DNA from: Meiothermus sp.
Lineage (GTDB): Bacteria; Deinococcota; Deinococci; Deinococcales; Thermaceae
NCBI GenBank assembly: GCA_033762915.1
Contig: JANRLD010000115.1
Span: 1-64,000 of the forward strand
Direction: 5' to 3'
Length of the DNA: 64,000 bases
The first letter of the stretch is position 1; each line of letters starts with the position of its first letter. A program made the translations under genes and the position numbers. Below the pieces are notes generated by a model, which did no database searches, had not been told where the DNA came from, and saw nothing but the letters and a program-made list of their open reading frames with translations. Below, piece by piece: positions 16,194 through 26,658 of this stretch.

Positions 16194-19100
16194 ACGTGTT
16201 TCCTCGCCATCTCGTCGGCCTGGATGCGCTCGCGCTCCCGGCCGATCAGGGTGTAGGGCTCGAGGAGGGCCAGCAGCCCGATCGCCTCGTTGCGCTTCCC
16301 GCCCTCGAGGCTGGCGAACCCTACGCGGTTGTTCCGCTCGGTTCGGAGCCGAGGGCGCTTGTGCAGCGGCGTGGGGTGCAGGCTCAGCAGCACCTCGTTG
16401 CCGTTCTTGTCCCTGACCCGGAGCTGGTCGGGGTACTCGGGGAGCTGGCCGAACAGCTCGAGGGCAGTCATCGCCGCATCACCTTCCCGTCAATCCGATG
16501 CCACAACGTGATTGCCATGTCTTCGCCCGCGTAGAACCATTTGTGTAGTGTTGAGCCTTCCTGGTAGGGATTTCTTAGATATTTTTGAAAGAAGATGTTG
16601 TCGTAGCCCGCGTTGAATGCCTGGGCACGTGCTTCGGGGTCCTTCAGCTCGTGCCACTGGTCGGCGGTTTGTAGGAACTCGTGCAAGGTCACTTGTCCTC
16701 CTTCCAGTACCGGAACCCGTTCGTCACATCCGCACGCACGACCTCAAGGCGGATCAACTTGAGGCGAACCATGATGCCCAGCCAGTGCGCGATCTGAACG
16801 CTGGGGTACGGGATGGTGGCGCAGAACTCGGGCCAGGCGATGTGCGTCCCCTCACCGAAGACGAACAGCGCATCCTTGACCCTCTGTAGGTCTTGACCGT
16901 CAATCACCTCGAGCCTCCTTCAAACCGCCCGTCCCGCAGGACGTATGTCTTGCCGCAGACCTCCTTGACGTGCCCCTCGGCGATCCGCCCGGCGCTCAGG
17001 GCCCACCGCTCCCCCGGGCTCAGCTCGAGGCTCCCCGGACCGTCGCCCCAGGCGAACACGAAGTCTGCGGTCACGGTGTGCTTCGTACCGGCGGACGTGG
17101 TCACCTGGTAGGCCGCGAACGGCCCGAGCAGGCCGTGGGCGGTGATTACCCCATCCAGGAATGTGGCTAGGTTGTGGACCCTGGTCCCGACGGGCAGGGG
17201 CCACTCAGGAGGCGTCTTTCTGCTCACCTCGAGTACCTCCTCACGTCCCGCTCGATCTCGTCGGCGTCGAACAGGCCCTGCTGCACGGCCTGAGGCACCT
17301 CGGCCTGGGGCCAGCGGACCCGATACGCCTTCACGTAAGCCCTGGCCTTCTCCAGGCCCGCCCGGACGTAGCTGAACGAGTAGGAGATGATCCGGGCGGC
17401 CTGCTCCGGGCTGTTGGCCGCGTGGTACCGCTCGGTCATGGGGTCGAAGCCCACCACCCAGGGGAGGGCGCCGGGCTTGCTCGGCTCGCTGCACAGCTTG
17501 GCGCAGCGCTCCACCGCCTCCCGCATCTCGCGGTCCTCCACACCCAGGGCGGCGGCCAAAGCCTTGCGGTCGTAGCCCTCCGAGGTCGCCGACAGCAGCT
17601 TGAACACCTCACGGGCCAGATCCAGCTTCGGGTCGCTCACGCGGCACCTCCCCGTCCTTCGTCCCGCATCTGCCGCAGGTACTCGTCCCACAGCGCCCGT
17701 GCCAGTTGGTCGTCGACCCGGATGCCGTGCTTGGCCTCGAGCCGCTGGTCGCGCAACTCGTGGAGCAGGTCGAACCAGCTGGCCGCCCGGTGCCGCTGCG
17801 AGACCTCGTCGCAGGCGTACCAGAACGGCATGGGCAGGTCGGCGAGGAAGATCTGCCGGCCGCCCGCCGTCCGGGCACTGAGTGCCCGCAGACTAGTCCG
17901 CTGTCGCAACATCGCGCCCCTCCCCGGGGTAAGCCTCCAGGACGTGGTCCCTGAGGCGCAAAAGGGCGGTGTCGAAGGTCTCGTAGGGCTCGAGCCGGAC
18001 CCGGTGGTCCACCCGGCCGGGCTTGCGGGCCTCGAGGTACTGTCCGATGCTGAAGACCTCCCAGTCCCGACCCCAGAACCACCAGGCCTCCGGCCGGGAC
18101 AGCATCGGGGTCAGGTCGCGGAGGTTAACCGTCTGACTCACGCATTACCTCCCAGCTGTAGGGCCCGTGGCGCTCGAGCACCTTGTGCAACGTGGCGTCG
18201 GCCACCGGCTGCCAGTAACCCAGGCCGTAGAGCCACATCTCCAGCACCGCCACGGTCTGGCGCTCGCCGTCCAGCTCGAAGCCCAGCCGGAGCTTCACGA
18301 TTTGGCCCGGCGCCCGGAGCACCACCTCGTCTCCCTGGGCGTCTCGGACCGCGCGCAGGGCCTCGGCCACGTTGTTGGGGGCCGCCTGCTGGAGGCGTGC
18401 GGCGGCTAGGCCGTGGCCGGTTGGCACGGCTCCCCCCTGCGGGACTTTGGTGAGGTGGTACTCCCAGCACCACGGACACTTGTAGGGGTAGCGGGGGCTG
18501 CCCCCGGCGGTGAGGCGGGCGGCCAGCGTAGCGGCCTCGAGGTAGGTCCGCTTGCGCTTACCGCTGTGGTGGCAGAGGCGGCCCACCTCACTGCACCACC
18601 GTTCCCTTGGCCTGCCATAGATTGCCCAGCAGTTCCCGGGCCCGTGCCTCCTCGGGGCCGCCCTCGAGGGGAAACAGCAGCCGGGCGGCCTGTTGGTTGG
18701 CGGCGGCCCGGCGGGTCAACAGCCGAAGGTCGTTGGGGTCGCACGAGCCGGTGGCCTCCAACTCGCGCCCCAGGGCGGCGGCCTGGCGGGCCTGCTCGAA
18801 CAGGCTGTAGGCCAGCACCTTGTGGGCGGGGACGGGCTCGATCTCCTTGAGGATGGTGTCGAGGTCGGTGGGGTCGGGGTTGGGGTTAAGGCTGCTCATC
18901 CTTTGGCTCCTTGGCGAACTTGCGGCGGATCATGGCTGCGGTCGCGGACTTTTCGGTCAGGTGGCGCGGGCCCGGCGGGGGGCGCTCGCGCGGGTCGGCC
19001 ATCGGGGCGGCCTCCCCCGCGTAGAGCCGGTAGCGCTCGCGCATCCAGCGGCGGGCCTCGGCGGGGGTCACAGCGTCTCCTCTCCGGGCAAGGGCTCGCC

Positions 19101-21110
19101 CTCCACGAAGCCCTTGAGGGCGAACACGCGGGCCACGATGAACTTGCGCTCGGGGGCGTTGAGGGAGAGTTCCAGGGCCTCGGCCTCCGCCTCCGCCTGG
19201 TCGTCGCTGATGACGTGCAGCTCGACGCCTAACAGGCTGCGGGCGAAGACCATGAACAGGGGGGTGTGCTTCTCCTCCATCAGCACCATGTCCTTGCCCG
19301 CGATCCGCACGTCGCCCACTCAAATCACCCCCGTCTCGAGCACGTCGGCGCGGAGAGACTCCAGGCCTTTTTGGGGCTCGCGCCTAGGCCGATCCAGTCC
19401 ACCGCGATGCCCCGGCTGACGAACTTGGCGACCCACTGGGGGCGGTCTTCCAGGTCGGTGCTCAGGTAGAAGGCGACGCGCAGGCAGCGGGGCTTGACCA
19501 GGGGGTGCTCGAGCAGCTCGGCCTGGCCGGCCAGGATGGCCTCGTTGACGGTCTCCGAGGTGCTCATGCCCGCAGCCCCTTCCCGCCCTGGAGGTCGGAG
19601 AGCCGCCAGCGCTGGAGCCCGACGTGGATGTAGGGGTCGCAGGTGCAGAGGTCCAGCCCGGGCCTGGCGAGCGGGCACGACTCGTCGTGCTCGACGTAGA
19701 CGTTCACGGGTCGGCCGGGTCCGGTCTTCAGGACCTCCAGCTTGGGGGCCAGGGCCTTGGCGATCTGCGCCGAGATCTCCTTGAGGGTCCGTTTCATGAC
19801 AGGTGCCTCCCGCCCAGGGCCTCGCGGCTCATCCCCAGGGCCTTCTCGAGCCGGGCCAGCGCCCCCTCGAGGGTCTCGGCGGCGTAGCTGGTCAGGGCCG
19901 CGTAAAGGGCCTTGCGCTCGTGCTCGAGCGAGTCCTTCTCGAAGGTCAGCTTGTCGATCTGCACCGAGATCTGCTCGAGGCGCTCCTGGATGCCCTCGTA
20001 CTCGATGTCCTCGTAGACCTGCACCTTGAGGTAGTCCGATCGCTCGGCCTCTGATTTGAGCTGCTTGTAGCTGTCGCGCATCCGGCTGCCCTGCCGCACG
20101 TAGGTCTCGCGGCGCTCCAGCTCCTTTTTCTTGCCGTCGCGCTCGGCCCGCATGGCCACCAGCTGCTTGTTGATGTTGGCGAGCTGGCCGGGGATGGCCA
20201 GCAGCCGGGCCCTGCGCTCGTTTGCGAAGTCGGGGGTCATGCGGTCTCCTTGAAGGTGCGGCCGGTCGCCCGCTGGAGGGCGGCGGCCAGGTCCCCGCCC
20301 CGCAGCGCCGCCTGGCGGTTGCGGCGGCGCACGTCCAGCGCGGCGAGGTGGGTCGGGTTGAGGTCCGGGGCGGACAGGATGACCTCCTCGAAACCGTGCA
20401 GGCGGCCGAGGAGGTACTCGCGCCGGAGCGGCGCGGCCCGGAGGTACTCGAGGTTGGCGTCGGCGTGGAGCCGCATCAGCTCGGCGGTGGTCACTGGGCC
20501 TCACCGCCCTTCGCGTAGCGCCTGCGGTTCGAGGCGCGCTTAGCGCAGGTGGGGCTGCAGTACCTGGAGTCCTTGCGGCGGGGCGTGAACTCGGCGCCGC
20601 ACTCCTCGCAGCTACGGGCCTCCCCGGCGGGGCCCCCCTCCCCGCCCTCGGCGGGCGGGGCCTCCTCTTGGGTCGGCTCCGCCTGCTGGGCGTCGTCGGC
20701 CTCGGCGGAGAACAGCCAATCGGCGTAGGGCCCGGTCAGGCGGTTGATGATGCGCTTGGCGTGGAGGGCGTCCATCTTGCCCTCGTTCCACTGCGAGACG
20801 ACGGTCTCGACCTGCTTCATGGCGATGTCTGCGCTCATAGGTCCTCGATCCAGCCCACGGTCAGCCCGGACTGGGCGGGCGTCACGAACCTCGGGTGGCG
20901 CTCGGCCTTGCTATCGGCCTCGAGCAGCTTCTCGATCTCCTGGGGGGTGTAATCGACCTTGGTCATGGCCTGGCAGTAGTGATGCGTGCCGATCACCAGG
21001 CAGGCGACGGCTACGCCTCCGCGCGGCACCCAGCCCTGGCCCAGGGCCGCGTTGACCTTCCTCTCGAGTTCGTCAATGTTGTCGGCTAAGTAAACGCGAT
21101 AGGTCATCAT
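16190..21110 (-). other. Run of about 18 small coupled early genes: HTH protein 17224-17640, Zn-finger proteins 18125-18586 and 20491-20838, coiled-coil 19794-20240, DUF1737-like 20835-21110, others hypothetical
   Basis: Contiguous minus-strand ORFs with start/stop overlaps; CPWC..HLT, CEEC...YCSPTC and ERKVNAALGQGW..GG motifs. Confidence 0.6.
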
Positions 21111-21382
21111 GCCTTCCTCCCGGCCCCGAGCTGGAGCTTGTCGAGCAGTTCCTCGGCGGGGCGGTTTAGGGCCGCCGACAGGGCGGCCAACGTTTTGGCC
21201 GAAGGGTTGGCGCGGGTGCCGCCCGGGTTGGTACGTCCGAACACGAGGTTGTAGACCGTGGTGCGCCCGATGCCGTGGGCGTCAGCGAACTGCTCGAGCT
21301 TGGTCCATCCCCGATCGGCCATTGCGGCGCGTATCTCGGCCGCGAGCGGGCCGTTGAAGTCGGTCCGTCTAGGCTTTGGCAC
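21107..21382 (-). CDS. XRE HTH protein paralogous to the repressor N-terminal domain
   Basis: DFNGPL...LEQFADAHGIGRTTVYNLVFGR...PSAKTLAALSAALNRP. Confidence 0.75.
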   Translation of the reverse strand: MPKPRRTDFNGPLAAEIRAAMADRGWTKLEQFADAHGIGRTTVYNLVFGRTNPGGTRANPSAKTLAALSAALNRPAEELLDKLQLGAGRKA

Positions 21383-22370
21383 TCAGCGCCTCCCCATGAA
21401 CCTGTCGGACAGCTCGTCGTCCCCCAGGGCGTCGACCAGCAGCACCTTCCGGAGCACCTGCCCGTACTTGCCCTGGTGGAGCTGGACCTCCGTGAGCACC
21501 TGGGCCACCTGGAGGGTGTGGGTCGCGCCCATCTCCCCGCTGGTGGGGTCCAGGTTCTTCACGGAGACCACGGCGCCCTCCGTCAGCCAGGGCAGGTCGC
21601 CGCGTATGTAGTTGGAGGGCTTGACGGGCCAGTCGCCCTCGGGTGTGGCCACGTACAGCAGGGTGGCGATGTCCTCCAGGCGGGGGATGCTCTCCCCCGC
21701 CACCTCCAGGGAAGCTCGCTTGCGCCCCATCAGCTCCCCCAGGCGTTCCAGCCGCGTGCGTTGCAGATCACGGTTAACCCCCAATCCGGACGATGAGAAT
21801 CAGCACCAGCGCGGCGGCCGCGCCGGTCAGCAGGTCAATCAGCAGCTCTCGTAAGCGGCTCACAGCGCCACCAGCCCCGTCTCGGTGCGCCGGTAGGCGC
21901 TGGTCAGGATGCCGGTGCGGGTGTTGCGCACGATGGACATCTCGGTCTCGACCTCGGCCAGGTTCCGGGCCATCCGGTCGGCGGTGGCGAAGTCGAGCCG
22001 CTCGGCCTGGCGCACGAACCGCCCGCCCTGGAGCTTCTCGACGTGGAACAGGGGGTCAGACAGCGGCAGCACGGTCGCCCCCCCTGCGGGCCTTGACCTC
22101 CCGCCAGATGCTGATGGTCTGGGACTGGGGGTCGGCCCGGAAGCCGTACCGCTCACCCCAGCCCGCGTGCTTGGCGCAGGTGTGCGCCTCGGTGGTGGAG
22201 GGCCCCTTGGGGTGATCCGGGCGGGTCAGGTGCAGCACCTCGAAGGTCCGGCCCTCCTTGACCACGATCCCGGCCCGCAGGTGCAGCCCGGAGTTGAGGC
22301 GCTGGTGGGCCCGCTTGCCGGTGCGCTGGGCCTCGGCGAACAGGCCCCGGATGACGCGCTGGAGGCTCAC
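21383..22370 (-). other. Four small early genes (21383-21784, 21774-21863 TM peptide, 21860-22072, 22056-22370)
   Basis: Coupled ORFs downstream of the ATPase. Confidence 0.5.
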
Positions 22371-23209
22371 TCGCGGCCCCCTTCCAGGTTGATCTTGGTC
22401 GCCACCAGCCGGACGGTCTTGGGGGTCAGGCTGCCCCGGGCCAGCCGCTTGTTGTTGGCGATGAACAGGTCCACTTGGCGAACCAGGCGGAACACGTCGC
22501 GCAGCACGCCCCCGGTCAGCTTGTGGATGGTCTCCACCGCCTCGCCGCCGAACCCGGACACCAGCTCCAGTTCGGCCAGCTCCCGCAGCGGGGTAGGGGC
22601 GGCCTCCGCCACCACCCCGATCCGGCTCTCGATGTCGCGGTACCGGCGGATGTTGCCCTGGTAGTCCTCCGTGCAGACCAGAATGAAGGTCGCCCCGGTC
22701 TCGTCGCCCAGGTACTTGAGTACCTCGAGGGCCTCGCGGGGCATGTTCTGGGCCTCGTCCAGCACCATGACCAGCCGCCGGGTGCGCATCTGGCTCTCGA
22801 CCGAGCGCAGCAGATCCCGAAACTTCCGAGTGCGGCTGATCACGTTCACCACCGCCAGGGCCTCGAGCAGGGCGTTCTGGTCGAAGATGGGGTGGCACTT
22901 GAGCCACTGGCTGTTCAGCTCGGGGGAGCGGCGGCGCAAGTTATCGATGAAGTACCGGGTGGTGAGGGTCTTGCTGCACCCCGCCGGGCCGGTCACCAGG
23001 GCGAACCCGAAGCCGCCCTCCACCGCGTCGCGCAGGCGGCTGATGATGACCTTGCTGCTGGCCGTGGGCACGAAGCCCTCGGTGGGGTCGCTCAGGTCCA
23101 CGTCCGCCAGGTCCTGCTCGAGGAGGTGCTGGACCGCCTCCTCGATCTGGGCCGGGTCGGTGTAGAGTGGGGGGGCCTCGGGGGCCCGCGTCGTCTTGCC
23201 GTTTGCCAT
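22367..23209 (-). CDS. MuB/TniB-like AAA+ transposition ATPase
   Basis: GPAGCSKT Walker A variant, VLDEAQ Walker B, SRIG arginine finger; follows transposase. Confidence 0.88.
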   Translation of the reverse strand: MANGKTTRAPEAPPLYTDPAQIEEAVQHLLEQDLADVDLSDPTEGFVPTASSKVIISRLRDAVEGGFGFALVTGPAGCSKTLTTRYFIDNLRRRSPELNSQWLKCHPIFDQNALLEALAVVNVISRTRKFRDLLRSVESQMRTRRLVMVLDEAQNMPREALEVLKYLGDETGATFILVCTEDYQGNIRRYRDIESRIGVVAEAAPTPLRELAELELVSGFGGEAVETIHKLTGGVLRDVFRLVRQVDLFIANNKRLARGSLTPKTVRLVATKINLEGGRE

Positions 23210-23253
23210 AAAACCTCCTGGGTGTCTGCTAAAAGCGGCGCGGCTTGTCAGGG

Positions 23254-25503
23254 CTACGCGCCGTTTTTGCCTTGTTCAAACCAGTCGCTCACGTCGGAGT
23301 CGAGCCGGATGCCCTCCGCCTCGAGTTCGGCGGCGAGGGCCTCCAGCTCCGAGCGCTCCGCAGCGCTGGGGTCGGGTTGGAGCCGTGGGGCGGGGTTGGC
23401 GAGGGTCAGCTCGGGGGTCGGGGCGGGGAGGCCCGCCTTGCGCTCGAGCACCGCGTCCATCCGCCAGCTCGGGTCCACGAACTGCCGGCGTATCTCCTCG
23501 GCCTCGGCCTCGATGGTCTTGATCTGGGCCCGGGCGGCCTTGCGGTAGGCGCGGGCCTCGTCGGACAGGGCCCCGAACTCGATGGGGACGCAGGGGCCTA
23601 GCACCCGCAACTGGTCGCCCTGGGGCAGGGCGGCGGTCACGGCGGCGGCGGGCATCAGGTCGTTGACCAGGAATACCAGCTCGCGGCCCTGGTAGCGGGC
23701 CAGGGTGCCGTCCGCCATGCCCCAGGTGCGGCTTCGGATGCTCACCGTGCCGTTGCCGCGCACGGTGCGGCGCTCGCGGCGGCTGAACACCAGGGCCAGG
23801 TCGCCGAAGTCGTACTCGAGGCGGCTCTCGCGGGGGGCGGTGCGGGCGAACAGCTCGGCGCGGGTGGCCCCGGTCTTGCCCTGGAGCTGCCGGTGGTAGT
23901 CCGTGGTCAGCAAGAGCAGGGCCTTGTGCTTGAACTCCTCCTCGGTCAACAGCCGCTCCCCCCTCGCCAGCGGGTCGGGCGCCGGGCTGCCCTTGGCGAT
24001 CCACTCCCGGGTGTTGTGCAGCAGCCGGGCGATGTGCTTGTGGTCGCGCTCGGTGGTGTCCGGCCCGGCGTACCCCGGCAGACCGGCCTCGAACTGCTGG
24101 TGAAGCTGCCCGAAGAACCGCTCGATGTTGCCCCGGCTGTGGCTCACGTAGGGGCGGGAGTGGGTCGTGCGGATGCGCAGGCTCGCCAGTATCTGGTCGC
24201 TCTTCTCCGAGCGGTAGACCTTGCCGTTGTCCCAGTAGAGGGTCTCGGGCCGCCCCCACACGTCCCAGCGGTCCGCCCACGGCTCCGGCTTGCGCAGCAG
24301 GGCCAGCATCAGCATCCGGTCGGTCTGCCGCTGGTCCTCGTCCCGGCTGAACACGAAGGCCGGGACCGCGCCGCTGAAAACGTCTATGGTGGCGTGGACC
24401 CGCATCCTGAACACCCCGTCGCCCGCCGGGTCGTACAGCAGGGTGTCGCAGCGGGTCATGTCCACCATCCAGAGCTGGTTGGCCCGCTCGGTCAGCACCT
24501 CGCCGGCCCAGATGCGCCCGAACTCACGCTGGTCCTTGGGGGTGGACAGCACGTAGCCCCACTCCGGCGACTGCTCGAGGCGCTGGCGGAAGCGCCAGAT
24601 GGTGTTGACCGATAGGGTGCTGGGCTGGGTGGCGCGGGGGTAGGGCCTATATAAGAGGATGTCGGGGTCGTTCAGCTCGATGACCCGGCGTATGCGGGCC
24701 GCGCTGTAGCGGGGGTGCATCAGCCAGAGGGTCTTGAGGATGCCCTCGAGGTGCTCGGGCAGGCGGCTCTTGCCCGCGTCCTCCCGCCGCTTGCGGGCCA
24801 GCTCGTGCTCGGACAGCCGGTCCAGCCAGCGCTGGATGCTTCGCACGCTCACCCCGTGGCGCCCGGCAGTGGCCTCGAGGCGCCGGGTGCGCTCTCCGGC
24901 CGGGGCCTGGGCCAGCTCGGCCGCCAGGGGGCGCAGCCACTCGAGCACCTCCCGGGCTCGGGCCAGGTGCTCGGCCGGGATCGCGTCCGGGTTTCTTAAT
25001 GTTTGGCTCTCATTTTCCGGTGATTCCGGGTTAGAGTTTGGTGAGGGTTTAGAGGGGGTGCTAACCCCGGTTTCGGGGTTCTCATGGTGGGGCCTGAGTG
25101 TCCCCACGGGTTGGACAACGCCCGAACCAACATTAAGATCGGTGCTTTCGGGTTTCAGCGTCCCCGTCGCGGTTCCCACCGCAGGGACAGGTACGCCACC
25201 CGTGGGGACATTCTCATCATTTTTGTGTCCCTGCGGTGAAGATGAGAAATCACCCGTAGGGACATCGCCCGTAGGGACATTTCCCGAGTTATCCGAGTGG
25301 GATATACGGCTTTCCAATCCCAGGCTCGAGGCCAGGCTGTTCAGTTCAACGTATCGGCGCTTCAACTTGCCCCCCTGTGGCTGCGGCTCCTCAAAGACCT
25401 CTGAGACGACCCCGGGGCGCTTGATGGCCCGGTCCACGGTTTTCTCGGATACGCGCAGTTGTGCGGCAGCTTGGGCGATGGTGACGAATCGCGGTGAGGT
25501 CAT
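23254..25503 (-). CDS. MuA/TnsB-like DDE transposase
   Basis: WMVDMT, YWDNGKVY and RGNIERFF catalytic motifs; RRTVRGNG C-terminal domain; N-terminal HTHs. Confidence 0.93.
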   Translation of the reverse strand: MTSPRFVTIAQAAAQLRVSEKTVDRAIKRPGVVSEVFEEPQPQGGKLKRRYVELNSLASSLGLESRISHSDNSGNVPTGDVPTGDFSSSPQGHKNDENVPTGGVPVPAVGTATGTLKPESTDLNVGSGVVQPVGTLRPHHENPETGVSTPSKPSPNSNPESPENESQTLRNPDAIPAEHLARAREVLEWLRPLAAELAQAPAGERTRRLEATAGRHGVSVRSIQRWLDRLSEHELARKRREDAGKSRLPEHLEGILKTLWLMHPRYSAARIRRVIELNDPDILLYRPYPRATQPSTLSVNTIWRFRQRLEQSPEWGYVLSTPKDQREFGRIWAGEVLTERANQLWMVDMTRCDTLLYDPAGDGVFRMRVHATIDVFSGAVPAFVFSRDEDQRQTDRMLMLALLRKPEPWADRWDVWGRPETLYWDNGKVYRSEKSDQILASLRIRTTHSRPYVSHSRGNIERFFGQLHQQFEAGLPGYAGPDTTERDHKHIARLLHNTREWIAKGSPAPDPLARGERLLTEEEFKHKALLLLTTDYHRQLQGKTGATRAELFARTAPRESRLEYDFGDLALVFSRRERRTVRGNGTVSIRSRTWGMADGTLARYQGRELVFLVNDLMPAAAVTAALPQGDQLRVLGPCVPIEFGALSDEARAYRKAARAQIKTIEAEAEEIRRQFVDPSWRMDAVLERKAGLPAPTPELTLANPAPRLQPDPSAAERSELEALAAELEAEGIRLDSDVSDWFEQGKNGA
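25099..25279. repeat. Six TGTCCCYRCGG motifs in both orientations inside the transposase gene
   Basis: +25099, -25178, -25198, +25226, -25252, -25267. Confidence 0.75.
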
Positions 25504-25515
25504 GGCTCGTTTGTC

Positions 25516-25734
25516 CTAAGCTGTTGGCTCCATATGTGGCGTTTCGCTCGAAAAAAAATCGAGGCTGACGCCGTAGCCCCTAGCGATCTTCTCGATAAGC
25601 CTGAAGCTGGGCTGCTTCCCGCGCTTGCCGCTCAATATAAGCTGTATCGCCGACTCAGACAGGTCGCTCTTGCGGGCAGCCTCCCTGATACCGTCGCCGT
25701 GGCGTGACATTAACTCCTCGAGCTTCTCCCTCAT
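25516..25734 (-). CDS. Cro/Ner-like XRE HTH regulator
   Basis: IREAARKSDLSESAIQLILSGKRGKQPS; first early gene, divergent from repressor. Confidence 0.8.
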   Translation of the reverse strand: MREKLEELMSRHGDGIREAARKSDLSESAIQLILSGKRGKQPSFRLIEKIARGYGVSLDFFSSETPHMEPTA

Positions 25735-25747
25735 GTTCGAATCCCCC

Positions 25748-25802
25748 TTGGCAACATATGGAGCACTGTTACCATGCTACATATGAAGGCTACAGATGTC
25801 AA
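25748..25802. promoter_or_regulatory. Overlapping divergent promoters and CATATG-centred operators
   Basis: Minus: TTGACA(25802-25797)-17-TAGCAT(25779-25774). Plus: TTGGCA(25748-25753)-16-TACCAT(25770-25775)-N7-ATG 25783. Confidence 0.7.
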
Positions 25803-26544
25803 CGCTTTGCAATTGATACTAGCAAAGCGTAAACCTGCCGACCTGAACGGCCCTTTCAACGACTGGATATACGAGGCCATGCAGCTCCAGGGCATCGAGT
25901 CGCTGGAGGAGTTCTCGCGGAGGTCGGGCATCTCAAGGGGCACCATTTATCACTTGGTGCGGGGGCGGGTCTCCCCAAAAGGGACGTGGGTCAAGCCTTC
26001 GATAGACACGCTTGTGGCTTTGGCGATCTTCCTTAACCGTCCGATACAAGAACTGATCTTTCGGCTTGAGCCCAACGCTCCCGGCTCCGACATCTTTTCG
26101 CCCCTCGAGGCTGCGTCACAAGTCCAGGGCGCGGTCGCCGTTCCAATCGTGGGCGTGGTGGGGGCCGGGCCGGGGCAGGCGGTGCCCATACGGGACGGGG
26201 TGATGTACGTGCCCCCGGACGTGGCCAAGGGCCGCGTGCTCGAGGGCTACCGGGTGCTGGGCGACTCGATGTGCGCCGGCCGCCGGCCGATCTGCTCGGG
26301 TGACCTGGTGGCGGTCAACAAGCTCGACAAGGGCAAGAGCGGCCAGGCCGTGGTTGCGCGGTTGGCCGACGACTCCTACGTCTGCAAGGCGCTCAAAGTG
26401 GACAAGTTCGGCAAGCGGTTAATGTCCACCAATGCCCTCTACACCAACTCCGCCCCGCCCATCATCACCGCCGACATGGTGGCCGAAATCATCGGGCGGG
26501 TCGTCTACAACGCGGGGGAGGTCGAGGACCTCGAGGAGGCGTAG
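25783..26544 (+). CDS. CI/LexA-like prophage repressor (HTH plus S24 peptidase), probably leaderless
   Basis: VPIVGVVGAG cleavage site, GDSM serine, VCKAL lysine. Confidence 0.88.
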   Translation: MKATDVNALQLILAKRKPADLNGPFNDWIYEAMQLQGIESLEEFSRRSGISRGTIYHLVRGRVSPKGTWVKPSIDTLVALAIFLNRPIQELIFRLEPNAPGSDIFSPLEAASQVQGAVAVPIVGVVGAGPGQAVPIRDGVMYVPPDVAKGRVLEGYRVLGDSMCAGRRPICSGDLVAVNKLDKGKSGQAVVARLADDSYVCKALKVDKFGKRLMSTNALYTNSAPPIITADMVAEIIGRVVYNAGEVEDLEEA

Positions 26545-26566
26545 CCCTCGGGCTTTCTTGCGCCGC

Positions 26567-26640
26567 CCCGCCGAAACCCTGTATACTCCGTATAACCTAG
26601 CCATCCGTGCCCCCCGAGGTCCGCCTCGGGGGGCTTCGTT
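26567..26640 (+). promoter_or_regulatory. Late promoter element copy D with a different hairpin
   Basis: 26567-26602 identical to copy A over 36 nt; hairpin GCCCCCCGAGG-tccg-CCTCGGGGGGC at 26609-26634. Confidence 0.75.
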
Positions 26641-26658
26641 TGGCTTCCCGGAGGCTGT

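Noticed and set aside
19794..20240. Coiled-coil protein as Mu Gam
   Set aside because: No Gam-specific motif recognised
22367..25503. Tn7/CAST-type transposon
   Set aside because: No TniQ or Cas gene seen; embedded in a full phage gene set
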